Assembly: GCA_036514895.1 (NCBI GenBank)
Contig: DATBWH010000051.1
Span: 122-64,121, forward strand
Direction of reading: 5' to 3'
Source of the DNA: Candidatus Humimicrobiaceae bacterium
Lineage (GTDB): Bacteria; Actinomycetota; Humimicrobiia; Humimicrobiales; Humimicrobiaceae
DNA length: 64,000 bases
Shown here: in pieces, positions 30,210-39,736 of the stretch
How positions within the stretch are numbered: position 1 is the stretch's first letter
Layout of the letters: each line of letters opens with the position of its first letter
Notes under the pieces: generated by a model
What the model was told of the DNA's origin: nothing
Database searches by the model: none
Seen by the model: the letters and a program-made list of their open reading frames with translations, nothing else
Translations under genes and position numbers: made by a program

Positions 30210-31091
30210 TTATTTTGGTGTACCTATTATTTTTTTCATTATAACTATTCCAGCGATTTCCATAACCCCTCCTACAAAAAGCAGAATTATCCCTATGCCG
30301 GTTGAAAAAAAATCAAGTATGGCTTTATTCATGAAGACACATAATATGATCAGCACGATAACAGGAAATAAAGAAATAATATTCCCGGAATATCTGCTCT
30401 GTAGACTCATTGTATCGGTCTGTGATTTTAATTTCAGGTTATGACGTACAGTATCGGCTATGCTGGCCAACATAGATATCAGATCTCCCCCTATTTTATT
30501 ATTTATCTTCAATGAACAAACAAGAAGGTCGACTTCCCTGCTCCCGCACTTTTGTGAAAACCTATTCAAGACTTCGTCCAGCGTAGAATTGAGTTCCAGA
30601 TCATTTACCACTTCCACAAGATAAGTATTAAGCGGGTCCTTAAACCACCCGATAGAATCTTTGAATATACTTCTTACCGTTTTTCCTGCTTTTAGCATCA
30701 TTGTCATATTGCTTATGAATTCAAGAAGCTGACCATGGAGCAAGTCTTTTCTTTTTTCTTCAAGTCCCTTTAATAAGTCCAGAATATAGATTTCCAGACA
30801 TACTCCAATAAATAAACTAAAGATAAAATTTCCGCACAATAAGTAAACAGTCAGTGTAAGGATAATAAAAATGATTATCGTAAGTATCTTTCTTCTGGTC
30901 TTATATATTTTCGTAAGAAATTTGATTACTCCGGATCTCCCGTAACTCCTGTTCTCCCTTAAGGTTCTGGCCTTCGGAACAAATATTGGAGCAATTCTTT
31001 TCAATCCTTGAAACATACATAGAATTGCCAGGATAAAGGTAAAAGAAATAATTATTTCATCCCAAATTTTCATACTCAAATTTATAATCAA
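30210..31091 (-). CDS. tadB: Type II secretion system F-domain protein TadB
   Basis: A 293-aa polytopic protein with a T2SS-F-like domain. It overlaps the cpaF stop. Confidence 0.75.
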   Translation of the reverse strand: MIINLSMKIWDEIIISFTFILAILCMFQGLKRIAPIFVPKARTLRENRSYGRSGVIKFLTKIYKTRRKILTIIIFIILTLTVYLLCGNFIFSLFIGVCLEIYILDLLKGLEEKRKDLLHGQLLEFISNMTMMLKAGKTVRSIFKDSIGWFKDPLNTYLVEVVNDLELNSTLDEVLNRFSQKCGSREVDLLVCSLKINNKIGGDLISMLASIADTVRHNLKLKSQTDTMSLQSRYSGNIISLFPVIVLIILCVFMNKAILDFFSTGIGIILLFVGGVMEIAGIVIMKKIIGTPK

Positions 31092-32349
31092 GCCCCCCGC
31101 TTTTTATTCTATTGATAAATGCCGGTACATAGCCTGTATAAACGAACTCCGTACTGCCGCCGGTGTTACTTCTTGCTTCATTATTTCCATCCTGGTATCT
31201 GAAAATATCTTTGACTTCCAGGATGGTATTACTGCCAATTGATTCATTTTTATTTATAAGCTCGCTTATTTTCAATAGCATCCTTTTGCCATTCTTTAAT
31301 TTTCCCAGATGGATTATCAAATCAATGGATGATGCTATCATCCTCCTGGCAGTTGAAGGAGTCAGATTCAGCTTTGACATCAGTATCATCGTCTCCAATC
31401 TGCTGACCAGATCTTTGGGTGAATTGGAATGAACCGTGGTCATCGAACCACTGTGACCCGTGTTCATCGCCTGAAGAACATCTACAGCTTCTGCTCCCCT
31501 GATTTCTCCCACTATGATCCTATCCGGTCTCATTCTCAAAGAGTTCCTAACCAGATCCCTGATAGTTATTTCTCCTTTTCCTTCAAGATTCGGATGCCTG
31601 CTCTCTAGCTTGATTATATGGGGTAAATTCAAATTTAATTCCAGTGTTTCCTCTATAGTGACGATTCTCTCATCGGGCGGGATGAAATTTGAGATAACAT
31701 TCAAAAATGTTGTTTTTCCTGTAGATGTAGCGCCACTGACTATTATATTCAACCTGCTCTTTACACAGATCTCAATAAAATCAGCTATTTTTTTGTTTAT
31801 ACTTCCGGATTTTTCCAGACTATCAATGTCTATTATATTTTTTTTGAATTTCCTTATGGTAACTACTATGTCGTTTACTGTTACCGGACTTAAAACTACA
31901 TTGATCCTTGACCCGTTTTTAAGCCTTGCATCCACCATAGGGGAACTCTCATCCAATCTGAGGCCGAGAGGGCTTAATATTTTATCGACCAGGTTTCTGA
32001 TATGATTATTGTCCCTGAAAATAATATTTGTTTTCCTTATTGCATCATTTTCTTCGATATAGACCTGGTCAAAATTGTTTATCATAATTTCAGTTATTTT
32101 TTTATCATTTATGAGGAAGCTGACGGGCCCGAAACCAAAGCTGTCTTCATTGATTTCTCCTGCCAGCCTGTAAATTTCTTTCTGGCTGATTATGATCTTT
32201 TTTTCGTCTGCTATTTCTTTTAAATATTTTTCGATTCTCCTGAGCCTCTCTTCAGGCAAGAATTTGTTCAAATCTTCCGCTTTGATCTTTTTTGATATCT
32301 TCTTACTTAAATAATTTAAAATATCCTTATCATTAAAGATCGAACTCAT
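31057..32349 (-). CDS. cpaF: Tad pilus secretion ATPase CpaF/TadA
   Basis: Walker A VSGATSTGKTT and a T2SS/T4SS ATPase core (IVGEIRGAEA). Length 430 aa. Confidence 0.9.
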   Translation of the reverse strand: MSSIFNDKDILNYLSKKISKKIKAEDLNKFLPEERLRRIEKYLKEIADEKKIIISQKEIYRLAGEINEDSFGFGPVSFLINDKKITEIMINNFDQVYIEENDAIRKTNIIFRDNNHIRNLVDKILSPLGLRLDESSPMVDARLKNGSRINVVLSPVTVNDIVVTIRKFKKNIIDIDSLEKSGSINKKIADFIEICVKSRLNIIVSGATSTGKTTFLNVISNFIPPDERIVTIEETLELNLNLPHIIKLESRHPNLEGKGEITIRDLVRNSLRMRPDRIIVGEIRGAEAVDVLQAMNTGHSGSMTTVHSNSPKDLVSRLETMILMSKLNLTPSTARRMIASSIDLIIHLGKLKNGKRMLLKISELINKNESIGSNTILEVKDIFRYQDGNNEARSNTGGSTEFVYTGYVPAFINRIKSGGLDYKFEYENLG

Positions 32350-33110
32350 TTATTCAAATCCTCATATATTTTTTTTGAAAAAGCAGAAATGTTACTCACA
32401 ATTCTAAGATTGTAACTAAAAATGGAATCAGGCCCTTTATTCAGCATTAAAAATTCTATATCCCTGTCATATGGAATAAAAGCATTAACCGGGTAGCTTA
32501 AAATTGTGTTTATACCTGTGAGCGAAACAGCAGGCCTTATATTGAATTTATTTATCGTTATATCAAAATCATAAGAGAATTCATCAATAATTATACTTTT
32601 GACCAGCACATTTAGATTATTTACTGAAATAAAGTCCGGCAGGGAAATAAAAATGTATTTATCGACTCTGTCTTTTAGTCTGAATTTATCCTGAGTAAAT
32701 AAATAATAAGGAAAATCCACACAGATTATATCAAAATGCTCCTTGAGAATATCCAAAAGCTTCTCAAAATATTCTTTACAAAAAATCTTATTTTTCTCGA
32801 TTTTTATGGGTGGTAATATCAGATTCAGACTGTTCTTTAAATTGATCACAAGTCTTTTTAGAATAGAGTCATCCATCTCATTCATGACTTCTTCAATATC
32901 TCCCAGGTCCCTATAACTATCATCAGTAAGATTGAAAATCAGCCTGCTGTCTCTTTTTCCTATATTTAGATCAAGCAGTAATATATTCTTTGTAGTCTCT
33001 CTGGCAAAATAAGTCGAGACGCAATAAGTCATAAAACTACAGCCGCAGCCTCCTTTGCTTCCGGTAAATAGTATGATCTTTGACTCTTCTCCATTCAGTT
33101 TATTCATCAT
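32346..33110 (-). CDS. CpaE/TadZ-like ParA/MinD-fold protein with degenerate P-loop
   Basis: The motif ILFTGSKGGCGCS sits where a deviant Walker A (KGGxGKT) is expected. Its position between cpaB and cpaF matches tadZ/cpaE. Confidence 0.6.
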   Translation of the reverse strand: MMNKLNGEESKIILFTGSKGGCGCSFMTYCVSTYFARETTKNILLLDLNIGKRDSRLIFNLTDDSYRDLGDIEEVMNEMDDSILKRLVINLKNSLNLILPPIKIEKNKIFCKEYFEKLLDILKEHFDIICVDFPYYLFTQDKFRLKDRVDKYIFISLPDFISVNNLNVLVKSIIIDEFSYDFDITINKFNIRPAVSLTGINTILSYPVNAFIPYDRDIEFLMLNKGPDSIFSYNLRIVSNISAFSKKIYEDLNK

Positions 33111-33169
33111 TTATTTCCTTTCATAATTTTGAATTAATATAATACCGATCGAAAACAAAAGTCTTTACA

Positions 33170-33916
33170 TCAAAGATTATCCCCGGGACAAACCGATATA
33201 TTTATGACTCCTCTCTCCAGCGCTAAGAACACCTCTTCAGCTTCTGTCTTGCTGAGATAAAAAGTTATTATAAGAAGGCTTTCATAATCAGAGTCGAGCC
33301 GGCTATCGGTGACCAGGGGATCTACAAGAAAGTTTCCCGTACCATTTTCATTTTTTGAATAATTATCTTCAGGACTACTGCCAATCAGTATTATTTCTTT
33401 TTCCGATATGACCGTTTTCGAAAAAAGACTGCCGCTTTCCTCCTCATAATAAGTGGATATCAAATCGATACAGTCTCCCTCCTCCAGCAGTGACTTGTCC
33501 CCATAAAAGCTAACGGGGATACTGACTGCCCTTAAGTCATTAGGAATGTATGATGAGAAATCAAGATCAAAACCGCCTTCGGAATCCATGCCTTCCAATA
33601 TATCTTCTGTAATGATCTCTCCTTTTGAAATGTCGTTTATTACTTCTTTTCCTATAATTCTATCCTTATCCATAATGAATTTTTCACTGAATACATTCCC
33701 CGTTATTTTTTGTTCTTCAATTGATTCACCTGTGATCTCGTCTCCTTTTTTAAGATCGACCCTTGCCACAAATATAGGATTATAATCAATGTTTTCCGGG
33801 ATCTTTTCTTTTAAGCCGCTTATATACCAGAAAATGATTATTCCTCCGAGAATAGCAATGATCAGAAAAATAATGCTGATTATTTTTTGTTTTACGATCA
33901 AAGATATTCTATTCAT
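33170..33916 (-). CDS. cpaB: Flp pilus assembly protein CpaB/RcpC (SAF domain)
   Basis: An N-terminal TM helix is followed by a SAF-like segment (VARVDLKKGDEITGESI). It is the first gene of the tad cluster. Confidence 0.7.
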   Translation of the reverse strand: MNRISLIVKQKIISIIFLIIAILGGIIIFWYISGLKEKIPENIDYNPIFVARVDLKKGDEITGESIEEQKITGNVFSEKFIMDKDRIIGKEVINDISKGEIITEDILEGMDSEGGFDLDFSSYIPNDLRAVSIPVSFYGDKSLLEEGDCIDLISTYYEEESGSLFSKTVISEKEIILIGSSPEDNYSKNENGTGNFLVDPLVTDSRLDSDYESLLIITFYLSKTEAEEVFLALERGVINISVCPGDNL

Positions 33917-34129
33917 TCTATCTGTACTTCTTTTTACTTTTTTATAATCCTGCCAAACAAGAAGTTTTTGATAAGTCTTATCAATTTACATAATAACACT
34001 ATTATGTATTTATGTAAATATATAATTAATTAAAAATTCAAATATCGCCTCTTAGCAAGGCTTGGTCAACAGTGTTATAATTACTGAGAACTATCATTAA
34101 ATTGCTCTAATACGCAAAAATATTGATTT

Positions 34130-34489
34130 ATGAACAGCACTTATTATTTATTTAAAAGGGGTAAAAAGTTATCCGAAAGCGGTAAATTTCTAGAAGCAAT
34201 AATGCTTCTAGAAAAAGCTAAAAAACTTGAACCTGAAAAAGGTTCTATACGGGAAACACTCGCCAGTGCATATTATAATTGCGGTCTGTATATCTCTGCC
34301 AAAAAAAACTTTATAAAAGCCCTGAAAATAGATGCGGCCAATGACTTTGCACATTACGGTCTGGGTTTATGTCTGATAAAAGAAAATAAGATAACCGAAG
34401 CACTGGGACATTTTAAAATCGCATTTTTCATGAAACCTGATCATAAAAAATATAAAGAAGTATTGGATAAATTTTCCGAATCAAAATAA
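34130..34489 (+). CDS. Tetratricopeptide repeat protein
   Basis: Three TPR-like repeats (AIMLLEKAKKL..., AYYNCGLY..., HYGLGLCL...). Confidence 0.7.
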   Translation: MNSTYYLFKRGKKLSESGKFLEAIMLLEKAKKLEPEKGSIRETLASAYYNCGLYISAKKNFIKALKIDAANDFAHYGLGLCLIKENKITEALGHFKIAFFMKPDHKKYKEVLDKFSESK

Positions 34490-34502
34490 TCGGTTTCTTC
34501 CA

Positions 34503-34862
34503 TCAGGATTCAAAACTAATCAAATCACCTGGCATTAAAGAGGTTTTTTCTATTGTCCCTGAATTAAATTCCAATACGAAAAAGGCATTTTTAATAAATG
34601 GAGTTGCTCTAAATGGCTTGATGCCATAATAAATGGCTAAAACTTGATTCTTTTTATCTAAAAACACGACATCTATACTGTATCTCATCCAGAAAGTATG
34701 GATACCGTTACAATTTTCAATAAGAAATCCTTCTCTGTCCCTGAGTCTTCTCCTCGTAATTAATCCAAACAATTTATCAAAAAAGGTATTTGCTTCTATT
34801 ACTTCAGCAGCAATTAACTCTTTGCTGGTTTTTTCAATCAAATTGATTTTAACTGCCTTCAA
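34503..34862 (-). CDS. DUF192 domain protein
   Basis: The pattern FFDKLFGLITRR...GIHTFWMRYSIDVVFLDKKNQV matches the DUF192 (COG1430) signature. Confidence 0.6.
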   Translation of the reverse strand: MKAVKINLIEKTSKELIAAEVIEANTFFDKLFGLITRRRLRDREGFLIENCNGIHTFWMRYSIDVVFLDKKNQVLAIYYGIKPFRATPFIKNAFFVLEFNSGTIEKTSLMPGDLISFES

Positions 34863-34868
34863 CCTGTA

Positions 34869-35162
34869 TTATTTACCAAGCTCCTTTTTTACTTCTTCTT
34901 CTCCTGCCTTAAGTTCTTCTACTTGCTGCTTATCTTCTCCCAACAGTAGGGTTTGAAATTCTCCAACATGAGTTTTTTCTTCCTTGGCCACATCCATCAG
35001 GATCACTTTTATATCATTATTTTCAGTAATGGCAGCCAGCTGCTCATATAAATTTATGGCATCAAGTTCTGCAATTATCGCAACTCTAAGAATTTCCTTA
35101 TTGATATTTGCTTTATCTACTTTTGTCAGATCAATCGGAATATCGGACATCATTGCTATCAC
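34869..35162 (-). CDS. Small ferritin-like (rubrerythrin-type half-domain) protein
   Basis: A 97-aa, two-helix protein with a glutamate-rich helix (ELDAINLYEQ) and an ExxH motif (EEKTH), suggesting a diiron half-site. Confidence 0.45.
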   Translation of the reverse strand: MIAMMSDIPIDLTKVDKANINKEILRVAIIAELDAINLYEQLAAITENNDIKVILMDVAKEEKTHVGEFQTLLLGEDKQQVEELKAGEEEVKKELGK

Positions 35163-35260
35163 CCCTTTAAAATTTGATAATTTTAAACCAACCTAATCTT
35201 TGATTTTTGGCTTATCCAACAAGATTAGCCTTTGTCTTAATTTCGGTAAATAACTATTTA

Positions 35261-35887
35261 TCAATCCAGGATTTTAAAAGTCTCGATAGCAGCATCAAAA
35301 TCCTGTAAATTTTCATCAAATTGTTCTAAATCGGTGGAAAAGGTCAGTATCCAGAAATCAGATCCATTCTTTATAATATATTGAGCCACTTTTGTCTCAT
35401 TAGACTCGACAGTTTGCTCGAATATGGTCCTTCCAACCTCTTCGTTATCACCGAGTGCGACGATTTCTTGTTCAACAATATTGAATGTATACTTTGCTTT
35501 TTCATATTGCTCCGCCACACTTTCATATGAGATATCCATGTATTCTTGAAGTGATAAAACTACCTTGGATTCACCGGTAATAGTAAAAATATTTACATTA
35601 CCATTTTCCTCAATCACTTCCGCATCATATCCAAAAAATACCAGATAATCTCTATTGGCGTCCACTACATCGGCCAGTTTTGATAGACCTGCTTTATTAA
35701 GATTCTCTATTACAGAATCAAGTTCTTCTTTCTTGGCGCCTTCCCAATTTTCCGGTAGGGTTATCTCAAAATCTCCTCCGTTAAATTCGGGCACAGTAGG
35801 CTGTGCTGCAGTTTTACAGCCAGCTCCGATCAGAACCATTGATACCGATATGATAATCGTCATTGATATCAAAAAAAATTTCTTCAT
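35261..35887 (-). CDS. Putative lipoprotein
   Basis: A signal peptide with the lipobox LIGAGC. Confidence 0.55.
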   Translation of the reverse strand: MKKFFLISMTIIISVSMVLIGAGCKTAAQPTVPEFNGGDFEITLPENWEGAKKEELDSVIENLNKAGLSKLADVVDANRDYLVFFGYDAEVIEENGNVNIFTITGESKVVLSLQEYMDISYESVAEQYEKAKYTFNIVEQEIVALGDNEEVGRTIFEQTVESNETKVAQYIIKNGSDFWILTFSTDLEQFDENLQDFDAAIETFKILD

Positions 35888-36299
35888 AATTTCCCCTTAA
35901 TTCTCTTTTTCATATTAAATTAATATTTTGGGTAAAACATATTATATCAGTTTTAGTCATACTTGTTAGTCTAATTTATGATTAGTTAAATACCTGTTCT
36001 CTAGCGATTCGATTTAGATTGTTCCAGAAACCATTCGTATAGTTCTGGGTTATTATAGGTCTCCGTCCAGCAATCATTCCCCAATTCCGGATAAAGAGTA
36101 AACTTTACGTTCCCACCGCAATTTTTTAATGCTCCAACCATTATCGCTGATTTCTCGGGCAGTACGGTTGTATCTTTTGCCCCGTAGAGGAATAATAACC
36201 GCAGCCCATAGTCGGAATAACCAGAAAAAAAGTTAAAAAAGAAAGTAAAATAAGTTTATATTTTCTAATCATCTTAAATAAATTCTTTTTCTCTTTATT

Positions 36300-36899
36300 T
36301 TATGTGAAATATTTTTCTACAGTTTTTCTGACATCTTCAAGCCAGCTTTTTCTTTTTTCCGGGGTACTTGTCACTATTACTCCATACATTTTTCTATAAA
36401 AATTTTTTACACCGCATAGACCGAATATGCAATTATTCCATAGATTCTCAAGTGGATCCTCAAACACTTTCTTTTCTCTTCCTGCCGGTGTGTTGGAAGT
36501 ATTAAAAACCAGGGCGGTCCCTGCTTTTAAAAGACCATGCGGTTTACCCTCTCCACCGTCACCTTCAAGAAATTTATATGCAACTCCGGGACGTAGTACC
36601 CGATCAACCCAGCCTTTTAAAATGGCAGGCGGTTGACCCCACCAGTTGGGATGTACAATTATTATTCCATCAGATTCAGAAATCTCTTCACAGTATTTCT
36701 GGATTACCGGATCAAATATTCGATCTTCCAGTATTTCTTCTTCAGGAAGTACAGGATTAAATTTTTCAGTATACAAATCATGGAAAAACACTTCATGTCC
36801 TAAATGTCCAAGGGTTGTTGTAATAACTCCGGCAATAGCATGATTAAAACTACCCTTTCTTGGATGTGCAAGAATGACCGATATTTTCATTTTTATCAA
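36300..36899 (-). CDS. Flavodoxin-like fold NAD(P)H dehydrogenase (quinone) family protein
   Basis: MKISVILAHPRKGSFNHAI... is typical of the Flavodoxin_2/NQO-like family. Confidence 0.8.
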   Translation of the reverse strand: MIKMKISVILAHPRKGSFNHAIAGVITTTLGHLGHEVFFHDLYTEKFNPVLPEEEILEDRIFDPVIQKYCEEISESDGIIIVHPNWWGQPPAILKGWVDRVLRPGVAYKFLEGDGGEGKPHGLLKAGTALVFNTSNTPAGREKKVFEDPLENLWNNCIFGLCGVKNFYRKMYGVIVTSTPEKRKSWLEDVRKTVEKYFT

Positions 36900-36901
36900 A
36901 A

Positions 36902-37246
36902 TTATTTTAGTAACTTATCTAATGCGGTTCGTGCATCGGGTGCCGTCTTGAAAAAATCTTCAAGTTTATCACAGGTATACATAACACAACCTGCACAATT
37001 TTCCAGCTCTTTCTCTGTGCAGCATTTACGTATTTCACAGATATTGCAGTAGGAAAACTTCTGCTCTTCCGATCGGCAGCCATTGCAGTTGATATCCTCC
37101 GGTTTGATATCCGTTTTATACATTTCCGACCACTGTTTGGCCACTTCCATACGTTTGCTGTCATCATTTTTTTGTGTGGCGATATATGCCCCACATTCAG
37201 AACAATTCAATCCACAGCAGGCAAAAATATCTTTACTTTCTCTCAT
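36902..37246 (-). CDS. DUF3795 cysteine-rich domain protein
   Basis: The CCGLNCSECGAYIATQKNDD...W pattern and further Cys pairs match DUF3795. Confidence 0.6.
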   Translation of the reverse strand: MRESKDIFACCGLNCSECGAYIATQKNDDSKRMEVAKQWSEMYKTDIKPEDINCNGCRSEEQKFSYCNICEIRKCCTEKELENCAGCVMYTCDKLEDFFKTAPDARTALDKLLK

Positions 37247-38141
37247 TTACTACATCTACCTTCTTTCTGTAAGAAAACATTTTATCATAATTATCCAATT
37301 TATATTTTTTAATAAGACCATTCGAATATTTCCTTATTTTTTTTGCATATTCCTTATCACAATAATCTGTTTTATAAAGTTTTTCATAATCCGAAACCAG
37401 TTCTGGATACTTTTCCTTGATAAAGGTCATGACCCTTTTCTTTGCTTCCTCCCTGAAATTAAGCATATCGATTATCAAATAATCGGCACCATTTTTAGCT
37501 ACCTCAGCAATAAGATTTTCGAGATTGTTTTCATTATCCGAAATATATGGAAATAAAGGTATAGAAGTTACTCCAACTATTATTCCTGCATCGTGAAATT
37601 GTTTTACAACCTCAAGACGTCTTTTTATTCCGGGTGATTTCGGTTCTATCTTCTTTTTAAAATCTTCATCCAGCACCGGTATTGTGATAACAACATTAAG
37701 AAATCCTGTCCGGGAAATTTCCTTTAGTATGTCTATATCCCTTAAAATCAAATCTGATTTGGTAGTGACCATAAGTGCATTATGATGTTTAAGAAATACT
37801 TTTAAAATCTCACGCGTAATCCTGAATTCTTTTTCTGCAGGTTGATATGGATCGGTGACAGTTGCCATATTGACGGTCCATTTCTTGTTCCATTTTTCTT
37901 TCGAGAATTCCCTGTCAAGTGCTTCGGCTGCGTTGTCTTTAACTATGATTTTGTAGGCAAACTTTCCAGTTGGAAGGCCGAGATATTCATGAGTATATCG
38001 TGCGTTGCAATACAGGCAATTATGTTCACATCCACGGTATGGGTTGATTCCCCATCTGAAAGGCAGAAACCAGACATTTAGCCGATGAAGCATTTTTTCA
38101 ACCGAGGTATGCTCATAAATGATTTCTTTTGATTCTTCCAT
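37233..38141 (-). CDS. Radical SAM protein, SplB/DNA-repair-photolyase-like (COG1533 type)
   Basis: The CxxxCxxC motif is present as GCEHNCLYCNARY. The ORF is 302 aa and overlaps the ORFs on both sides. Confidence 0.8.
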   Translation of the reverse strand: MEESKEIIYEHTSVEKMLHRLNVWFLPFRWGINPYRGCEHNCLYCNARYTHEYLGLPTGKFAYKIIVKDNAAEALDREFSKEKWNKKWTVNMATVTDPYQPAEKEFRITREILKVFLKHHNALMVTTKSDLILRDIDILKEISRTGFLNVVITIPVLDEDFKKKIEPKSPGIKRRLEVVKQFHDAGIIVGVTSIPLFPYISDNENNLENLIAEVAKNGADYLIIDMLNFREEAKKRVMTFIKEKYPELVSDYEKLYKTDYCDKEYAKKIRKYSNGLIKKYKLDNYDKMFSYRKKVDVVNERK

Positions 38142-38664
38142 AGTTCAGTTTTAAAAAAGGTATCATCATGGGTACTTTATCCTTATATTCGATAAATTTG
38201 CTGCCAAAATCTTTAAGCAGTCTCTTCTCTTCGATAAACCTGAGATAGATGATTCCCCAAAAAAATAAAAAAACCAATACTGCAATACAAACCAAAGAAT
38301 CCAGATAAATCGCCAATCCGAAATATACTAAAAACATACCAAAGACCATCGGATTACGTGAATATCTGTAGGGTCCCTTTATTACCAATTTTTTTGTCCG
38401 TGGACTGATCTCAACACCAAATCCGTCTGCAGGACCACCTTTTCCTATTACAAATAATACTATATTGGACCATATTGCAAATATCATTCCGATTAGAAAA
38501 AACGGAGTAGATATGATTATTTGTAAATTAATATTATCAATCATTTTTACTCCTACCCATGTGTTTGTATCACTACCCAACCTGTAGAGCAGAAATGGGA
38601 TCAGAATTATGAAAATAAAAAAACCGATCATATATCCGAAAATGTATCTATAAAGTTTTTTCAT
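38113..38664 (-). CDS. Isoprenylcysteine carboxyl methyltransferase (ICMT)/phospholipid methyltransferase-family membrane protein
   Basis: A multi-TM protein with the conserved C-terminal segment KKLVIKGPYRYSRNPMVFGMFLVYFGLAI. Confidence 0.7.
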   Translation of the reverse strand: MKKLYRYIFGYMIGFFIFIILIPFLLYRLGSDTNTWVGVKMIDNINLQIIISTPFFLIGMIFAIWSNIVLFVIGKGGPADGFGVEISPRTKKLVIKGPYRYSRNPMVFGMFLVYFGLAIYLDSLVCIAVLVFLFFWGIIYLRFIEEKRLLKDFGSKFIEYKDKVPMMIPFLKLNYGRIKRNHL

Positions 38665-39728
38665 TTGATAATTTTAAAACAACGCTGTTTTTTATTTTTC
38701 ATGCACTCTTTTGATTCGCATTTGTAGCAAATCTCGTTCTTAAGATATCCTGCACTGAAAAATTCTTTTAAGTTGTCGAGTGTGGTCTCTGCAATATTAT
38801 GCAGGGCTTCTTTTGTAAAGAATCCCTGATGTGAGGTGATGAGGACATTCGGAAAAGTTATTAGACGGGCTAAAATATCATCGGATATCATCTCCGTAGA
38901 ATAATCTTCAAAGAAATACTCACTTTCTTCCTCGTAAACATCCAGACCGGCCGAGCCTACCTTACCGGCTTTAAGCATTTTTATAAGTGCACTGGTATGT
39001 ATCAGTTTTCCTCTTCCGGTATTTATAATCATGACTCCATCCTTCATTATCTTGATGGTCCTTTCATTAATCATGTGTTCGGTTTCACGTGTAAGCGGAC
39101 AATGAAGTGAAATAATATCCGATTTTTTAAAAAGCTCATCCAAGCTTACGTATTTGAATTTCATTTCTTTCACATAGATCTCATCAGGATAAGGATCGTA
39201 TGCCAGGATTTTCATACCGAATCCCTTTAATATCGAAATAAGAACTTTTCCTATCTTACCTGTTCCTATTATTCCTGCTGTCTTTCCATACATATCAAAT
39301 CCAAGCAATCCGTTAATGGAAAAATTACCGTCACGTATGCGGTTATACGCCTTATGGATCTTCCGATTAAGCGAGAGTATTAGCGCGGCAGCATGTTCTG
39401 CTACCGCATAGGGAGAATAAGCGGGCACCCGAACCACATGGATTTTACCAAAAGCTGCCTTAAAATCGACATTATTATATCCTGCACTTCGAAGGGCTAT
39501 TATTTCAATATTATGCTCAAATAAATGCTTTATGACTTCTTTATTGATTGTGTCGTTTACAAAAGCGCATACTGCATCAAATCCATATGTTAGTTCCACT
39601 GTCTGAGGATTAAGATGTGCATCAAAATAGTTAATATTAAATCCAAAACTTTCATTGACTCTATCAAATGATTCCCGGTCATATGGTTTCGCATCAAAGA
39701 AAGCTATTTTTTTATTTAAATTTTTCAT
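38661..39728 (-). CDS. ldhA: Fermentative D-lactate dehydrogenase (D-2-hydroxyacid dehydrogenase family) with Cys-rich C-terminal tail
   Basis: Close resemblance by eye along the whole length to E. coli LdhA (VNESFGF..., VVRVPAYSPYAVAEHA, MYGKTAGIIGTGKIG, SLHCPLT). The extra C-terminal tail is CYKCESKEC...C. Confidence 0.9.
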   Translation of the reverse strand: MKNLNKKIAFFDAKPYDRESFDRVNESFGFNINYFDAHLNPQTVELTYGFDAVCAFVNDTINKEVIKHLFEHNIEIIALRSAGYNNVDFKAAFGKIHVVRVPAYSPYAVAEHAAALILSLNRKIHKAYNRIRDGNFSINGLLGFDMYGKTAGIIGTGKIGKVLISILKGFGMKILAYDPYPDEIYVKEMKFKYVSLDELFKKSDIISLHCPLTRETEHMINERTIKIMKDGVMIINTGRGKLIHTSALIKMLKAGKVGSAGLDVYEEESEYFFEDYSTEMISDDILARLITFPNVLITSHQGFFTKEALHNIAETTLDNLKEFFSAGYLKNEICYKCESKECMKNKKQRCFKIIK

Positions 39729-39736
39729 TCAAGTTC

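Noticed and set aside
34869-35162. Encapsulin cargo (EncFtn) interpretation of the 97-aa ferritin-like protein.
   Set aside because: No adjacent HK97-fold encapsulin shell gene was found. The neighbour is a 119-aa DUF192 protein.
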